This document shows, piece after piece, positions 52,041 through 56,220 of a stretch of 56,220 bases of DNA (within the stretch, counting starts at the first letter, position 1; the number at the start of each line of letters is the position of its first letter). The stretch is from a virus. The stretch lies in the UHGV virus genome UHGV-0008794. One strand, given 5' to 3'. Position numbers and translations under genes: made by a program. The notes under the pieces were generated by a model. The model searched no databases, had not been told where the DNA came from, and saw nothing but the letters and a program-made list of their open reading frames with translations.

Positions 52041-52144
52041 TTTGATCCATCCTAACTAGTCTTGATTTTTAGTATCTTGGCCAGTCTCGGATTCGGTTCT
52101 ACCCGACCCCTGTTCGTTATGATCAGGGTTGGAAGGGATCGGGG

Positions 52145-53998
52145 TTACGCTTTTGGGTAGGTCTCCAAGGCGATAGCAGAATAAGGAACCGTAAGAGCAC
52201 CAGAGCAACGAGTCTCGATAAGGTACTTCTGCTGATTGTAGTCGATATCGAAGTCGTCAAACATCGAAACCGCACCGCCCTTATCGGCACCAACATTGTA
52301 GTCCTTCAGGTTGACGATCAAACCCTCAAGAGTGAACGTCTTAGACTGCAAACCAGAAGCGTCCTTAGTATCGCCAGCACGAGTAGTACCCTCAAACACA
52401 GGAATGGTAACAATCTTCTCAACACGAAGCTTCTGAGCAAGCTTATCAACAGAATCGTACAGATCTCGACCAGTGGTATCCGTCAGAAGAAGCATGGAAG
52501 TAAGATTATCTTCGGTTGTGTAGAACGTAGGATTACCAGAACCCTTGTAATTCTTACGAGCACGAATAGCAGCCTTAATAAGAGCACGAGCCTTATCGTC
52601 CTCACTCATAGTGGACTTATCATACTCGATCTGAGTACGAATGGTGTAGAACGGGTCATCACCATAAATAGGACGAATATGATCGGTAGAGATCTTGTCC
52701 TCAGAACCAGCAACACGACCGTCACCGATCATGTAAGCACGAGCAAGTTCCTCGTCCAACATCATACGCATTTCGCCCTTAAGCCAAAGGATAACATCGA
52801 AATCGGTGATATCAACAATATCGTCTCGATCAAGCTTCTGCTTCTTATAAACAGTCTGAGGATCAGTGGTGCGCTTTAACAAGGGGAATACTTCTTCCTT
52901 CTTCTGCTTACCCTTGATATAACCCTTAGCACGAGCCTCATCCTCATCAATAGTAGCAAAGACGCTCTTGATACGAGAGAACGGAGTATGAGAAACGGCT
53001 TGCATAACACCAGAAACCCACGTCTTATCTCGACCAACAAAACCAGGAGCATTGGTCACCGACTTATAATCAGGGAAGAGATAATCAATATGCTCTACGC
53101 CGTAATTGGTGGAATGCTGAAGAAATGCGTCAGCTTCTTCCATAGCATCATGCTGCATGAACGCTTCCTTAAGCGAACCGTAACGCTTAGCATCGCGAAT
53201 AACTTCGCTAAAATCAAAATGCGCCAATGTATTCTCCTCAGTATCATCATAAAACACGTTATGCTTCATATCTTCATTGTCCTCTCCGGTCTGACCCTCA
53301 CTAGCCATACCAACCAATGCATAAAGAACATTCTTTTGCTCTTCAGTCATGCTGTCAATAACATCCTGAACGGTCTTTTCTTCTTCGTCAGCATGTTGCA
53401 ATTGCTTAGCCATCTGCTTCTCTTTCTCTTGCTTTTTATTATCTTCAGTTTCCTCATCATCGGACGATTCTTCTGTAGATTCCTTATTTTCTTCTTCGTC
53501 ATCAATAGACGAATCTTCTTTCTTCTTTTTATCCTCTTCCGAATGGAAAAGTTCCAAAGTAGAAAATTGCGACATGATAGCTTCTTCCTCATCATCATAA
53601 TCATGAACCAAAATAGTATCAATCTTGGCTCCAGGATTTGCTCCGGCAAGGACCAAACTTACTTCACGAATCGCTCCGTGAATAACATCTGCTCCATTTT
53701 GCTTTAGCTTGTTGGCATAAATAGAGAAAGAATTAACATCTCGATTTTTTACAGCAGCCTTTGCGTGTTGACCCTCTGGAGTATCATTACACTTAGCGTA
53801 ACCATAAACGCCATCTGAACGATTCTCAAGATCACAATGACCGAGAATATTCAATGGAGACATATGATCATGCTGATATACAAGAGGTACACGAGTTCCA
53901 TCGCAATCTTTAAAAGCGTCCTGTCGAATGATTCGACCATCGGAACATCTTACATTATTGCGTGTAACATAACCGCAAAAATCATAATCGTTATTCAT
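52145..53998 (-). CDS. fused prohead protease (HK97/U35-like) - acidic scaffold-like linker - HK97-fold major capsid protein
   Basis: 617 aa; N-terminal ADVIHGAIREVSLVLAGANPGAKI fits U35 protease E-x-S-h-V...PA motif; aa ~150-215 extremely D/E/K-rich; C-terminal ~350 aa with MCP-like pattern. Confidence 0.55.
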   Translation of the reverse strand: MNNDYDFCGYVTRNNVRCSDGRIIRQDAFKDCDGTRVPLVYQHDHMSPLNILGHCDLENRSDGVYGYAKCNDTPEGQHAKAAVKNRDVNSFSIYANKLKQNGADVIHGAIREVSLVLAGANPGAKIDTILVHDYDDEEEAIMSQFSTLELFHSEEDKKKKEDSSIDDEEENKESTEESSDDEETEDNKKQEKEKQMAKQLQHADEEEKTVQDVIDSMTEEQKNVLYALVGMASEGQTGEDNEDMKHNVFYDDTEENTLAHFDFSEVIRDAKRYGSLKEAFMQHDAMEEADAFLQHSTNYGVEHIDYLFPDYKSVTNAPGFVGRDKTWVSGVMQAVSHTPFSRIKSVFATIDEDEARAKGYIKGKQKKEEVFPLLKRTTDPQTVYKKQKLDRDDIVDITDFDVILWLKGEMRMMLDEELARAYMIGDGRVAGSEDKISTDHIRPIYGDDPFYTIRTQIEYDKSTMSEDDKARALIKAAIRARKNYKGSGNPTFYTTEDNLTSMLLLTDTTGRDLYDSVDKLAQKLRVEKIVTIPVFEGTTRAGDTKDASGLQSKTFTLEGLIVNLKDYNVGADKGGAVSMFDDFDIDYNQQKYLIETRCSGALTVPYSAIALETYPKA

Positions 53999-54194
53999 CC
54001 ACTACCTCCTTAATATAATCAGATAAAAATGTATCGTTATCGACTACACTTTGACTTCCATAAACATTAGTCATGATATAATCTCCTGGATACGCGATTA
54101 TTAAATTACCATCTCCAGTTTCTACTTCTATCTGCATATTTGTCTGATAGCCTTCGTAAACCGAATTTGTTAATTTATTACGATAGTATTCCAT
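53991..54194 (-). CDS. hypothetical small head-module protein (67 aa)
   Basis: ORF track; ATGAATAA overlap with capsid-fusion start. Confidence 0.4.
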   Translation of the reverse strand: MEYYRNKLTNSVYEGYQTNMQIEVETGDGNLIIAYPGDYIMTNVYGSQSVVDNDTFLSDYIKEVVDE

Positions 54195-54206
54195 TTTGAC
54201 TTTCCC

Positions 54207-55505
54207 CTAAGTATACTGATTTTGTCCATCGACTGGATAATCTTCGTATCCAGAAGAACCTTGATCATCTACCGAATAGTTAGTAGAATCTGAACCGTAG
54301 TCAGCATTTGGGTCGATAAGATTTCTATTTCTAAGTTCATCAGAAGATTCATCCTCTGAAGGTTTGAACCCAAGAGCGGTTCTAAACTCGTTAGGAGTAA
54401 GAATCTCATTACGACTTAATGTATCAGCCATTTGAGCAATTTGTCCGACTGTCATATACCTAAACGGATCTTGGAACGTCATAATAGTTTGACCTTGAGT
54501 TCGAGCCGTTTTAGTAAGAAACTTACGAATAAGTTCATCTTTAATTGCGTCGATAATTGGAGCAACAGTTCGTTGATAATAATTGTTCATCGTCTCAGCA
54601 TTTGCTGTTCCGTTAAGAATGGTTTCATCAATACACAACTGAGTATAAAGTTGCTTGGTTAAATCGTTGATCTGTGACATCAAATTGTTATCGATTGAAC
54701 GATTCAATTGAGTAACTTTCTCCGTGGCATCAATATATGCAATGCCATACTTAGAGTTCGTCAATTGTGCTTCGATACTTCGTTTCCTAGTATCTGCTCG
54801 CTTCTCTTGAGTTTCGTTCTTGATTATATATGGAAGCTGGACAATCATGTCAAGTTTACTAGAATTGTTTTTAGCATCAGCATCATCTAACAATCCAAGT
54901 TTATACACAAGTCGACTCATTGTTGAATTCTTCTCATTCATAACCGAATAGAATGGATTTTCAACAATAGCAACGAAAGATTTAGGAAGCGTTATTGTTT
55001 GAAACTGTCCTTTTTGATCATTGTAAAGTTTGACATCGACATGTTTTGGATACCAAGCTACAATTTTTCCAACACGCATTGATTCGATTCTTAACGAATT
55101 TGTTTCGTAAGGATCGTCATACGTATCGACAGGAACAATTGCTATGCAGCCTTCATCTAGAAGAGATAAAGCAATATCTAATTTAAAAGCAAAACCGCTT
55201 TGATCGATATTAGCTTCCACGTTTAAACAATCGTTTAATGTGGATTTGATGGTTTCTTTATATCGATCTTGATCGTCAACTCGAACATGTTTGAAATCTG
55301 TAGACGCTACGTCTAAAGCTATTCGAGTATAAATCGCTGAAATAATGGTTCTTTCTTTTCCAGTTATTATCTTTTTGCGATCTGGACGATATCCCCATGT
55401 TCCAGAGCCAATATCTAAAGAAACCGGATAATAATCCTTTTTCTCTTCATTTGAAACGAAGGCATTCCAAGCATGCTTAAGACGATTCGAAAATGTCTCA
55501 GCCAT
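54207..55505 (-). CDS. portal-like protein
   Basis: 432 aa, size/position upstream of protease-capsid gene; acidic C-terminal tail. Confidence 0.4.
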   Translation of the reverse strand: MAETFSNRLKHAWNAFVSNEEKKDYYPVSLDIGSGTWGYRPDRKKIITGKERTIISAIYTRIALDVASTDFKHVRVDDQDRYKETIKSTLNDCLNVEANIDQSGFAFKLDIALSLLDEGCIAIVPVDTYDDPYETNSLRIESMRVGKIVAWYPKHVDVKLYNDQKGQFQTITLPKSFVAIVENPFYSVMNEKNSTMSRLVYKLGLLDDADAKNNSSKLDMIVQLPYIIKNETQEKRADTRKRSIEAQLTNSKYGIAYIDATEKVTQLNRSIDNNLMSQINDLTKQLYTQLCIDETILNGTANAETMNNYYQRTVAPIIDAIKDELIRKFLTKTARTQGQTIMTFQDPFRYMTVGQIAQMADTLSRNEILTPNEFRTALGFKPSEDESSDELRNRNLIDPNADYGSDSTNYSVDDQGSSGYEDYPVDGQNQYT

Positions 55506-55509
55506 ATAA

Positions 55510-55896
55510 TTACCTTATTTCACTAAACGATTTTTGCGTAACTTCATATAAATCGCCATCCAATGTTTCTGCTTCTAAACAAAGACGCCATCCTAACTCG
55601 TCAATTTGTTTATTGATCGCATCAACAACAAAAGAATTAGACGGAGGATCAAATAAAAGTTGTACTTTAAGTTTTATAAAAGTTTGAACTGCAGTTAGAT
55701 TTGTTTCTGACTTTATATAATCAGACCAAAGTTCAGTTGGACCAGTAATGGAGAATCCCTCTTCTGGTCCTATTCCAAGTTGTGAAAGTGTAAATAATAC
55801 TGAATTAATATAGGCGACAATTTCGGTATCAAATGCGTCGCAATCATCTTCAATGTTAAGCATTACTTTAATCGTATTAAGTATGCTTTCACTCAT
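55510..55896 (-). CDS. hypothetical acidic protein (128 aa)
   Basis: ORF track. Confidence 0.4.
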   Translation of the reverse strand: MSESILNTIKVMLNIEDDCDAFDTEIVAYINSVLFTLSQLGIGPEEGFSITGPTELWSDYIKSETNLTAVQTFIKLKVQLLFDPPSNSFVVDAINKQIDELGWRLCLEAETLDGDLYEVTQKSFSEIR

Positions 55897-55918
55897 AGGA
55901 TCCTCCTTTCAAATAAAA

Positions 55919-56215
55919 TTACATTTTAATCTTACTGAGTAAAGCTTTTCCAGCTTTTGCATAATCGCTTTGTGAAATAGCATATAATCCACCAATAGTT
56001 CCAGCAATTGCTACTGTTTTTTTTGCTACTTCGTAACCACGATTTATTTGTGAAGTACTCAAGCGATTATATTCTTGTTCTAATCGCATTCGATTATTAA
56101 GTTTTTTTAACTCATCATTCGAAAGTTTCTTTGACGACTTTCGACGCATTTTTCTAGTTTCTTTATAATCAGAACTATAAGAATCCATACGTTTCTTTTT
56201 TATACTTTTAAACAC
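55919..56215 (-). CDS. hypothetical basic protein with C-terminal glycine-rich hydrophobic segment (98 aa)
   Basis: K/R-rich N-terminal half, VAIAGTIGGLYAI segment; loosely reminiscent of C-terminus of the 2625-2996 paralog. Confidence 0.4.
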   Translation of the reverse strand: MFKSIKKKRMDSYSSDYKETRKMRRKSSKKLSNDELKKLNNRMRLEQEYNRLSTSQINRGYEVAKKTVAIAGTIGGLYAISQSDYAKAGKALLSKIKM

Positions 56216-56220
56216 ACTAG

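Noticed and set aside
1-56220. CRISPR array, integrase/recombinase, attP
   Set aside because: No spacer-repeat array and no tyrosine/serine recombinase-like ORF found; only short iterons and promoter repeats. tRNA fragments alone are insufficient to call attP.

Overview
This window appears to hold most or all of the genome of a tailed dsDNA phage. It is siphovirus-like, with a 2267-aa tape measure protein, and its host is probably a low-GC Gram-positive bacterium (GH25 endolysin, Tal/Dit-type tail tip, 3D-domain protein, AT-rich codon usage). Essentially every credible gene is on the minus strand; the plus-strand ORFs in the track look like antisense artefacts.

Reading the minus strand from high to low coordinates, the modules are:
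- head genes: portal-like protein and a prohead-protease/scaffold/HK97-fold capsid fusion;
- neck, major tail protein and chaperone-like genes;
- tape measure protein, Dit, Tal and a receptor-binding protein;
- GH25 endolysin, a block of odd low-complexity proteins, and a holin-like protein;
- about 12 kb of small early or accessory genes, each preceded by a conserved promoter-like motif (CGCARW-N12-TATAATGA) and an AAAGGAG-TTTGTT-ATG leader. These include an XRE HTH regulator, Zn-ribbon proteins, MazG, a ThyX-like protein, a 3D-domain protein and glycine-zipper membrane proteins;
- an iteron-rich non-coding region;
- a replication operon: a 1374-aa SF3 helicase / AEP primase-polymerase / family B DNA polymerase fusion, an SSB-like protein, an SF2 helicase, VRR-NUC and a nuclease;
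- an 899-aa protein carrying the universal multisubunit-RNAP motif ADFDGD, i.e. a YonO-like single-chain two-barrel RNA polymerase;
- tRNA-Leu(TAA) and tRNA-Met(CAT), a putative small terminase subunit, an HNH endonuclease and the terminase large subunit.

Around the packaging genes sits a family of at least five small basic paralogs starting MYQYPDYLMHYGVLGMKWG. Their first about 57 nt are identical, and three copies have a (CT)5-7 repeat immediately upstream of the ATG.

No integrase or CRISPR was seen. Many ORF-track starts are over-extended because the RBS-like string ATGAAAGGAG contains an ATG, or because TTG/GTG are printed as M. I corrected starts by residue arithmetic where a better ATG plus RBS was visible. 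Non-CDS coordinates are approximate (about 3 nt either way).
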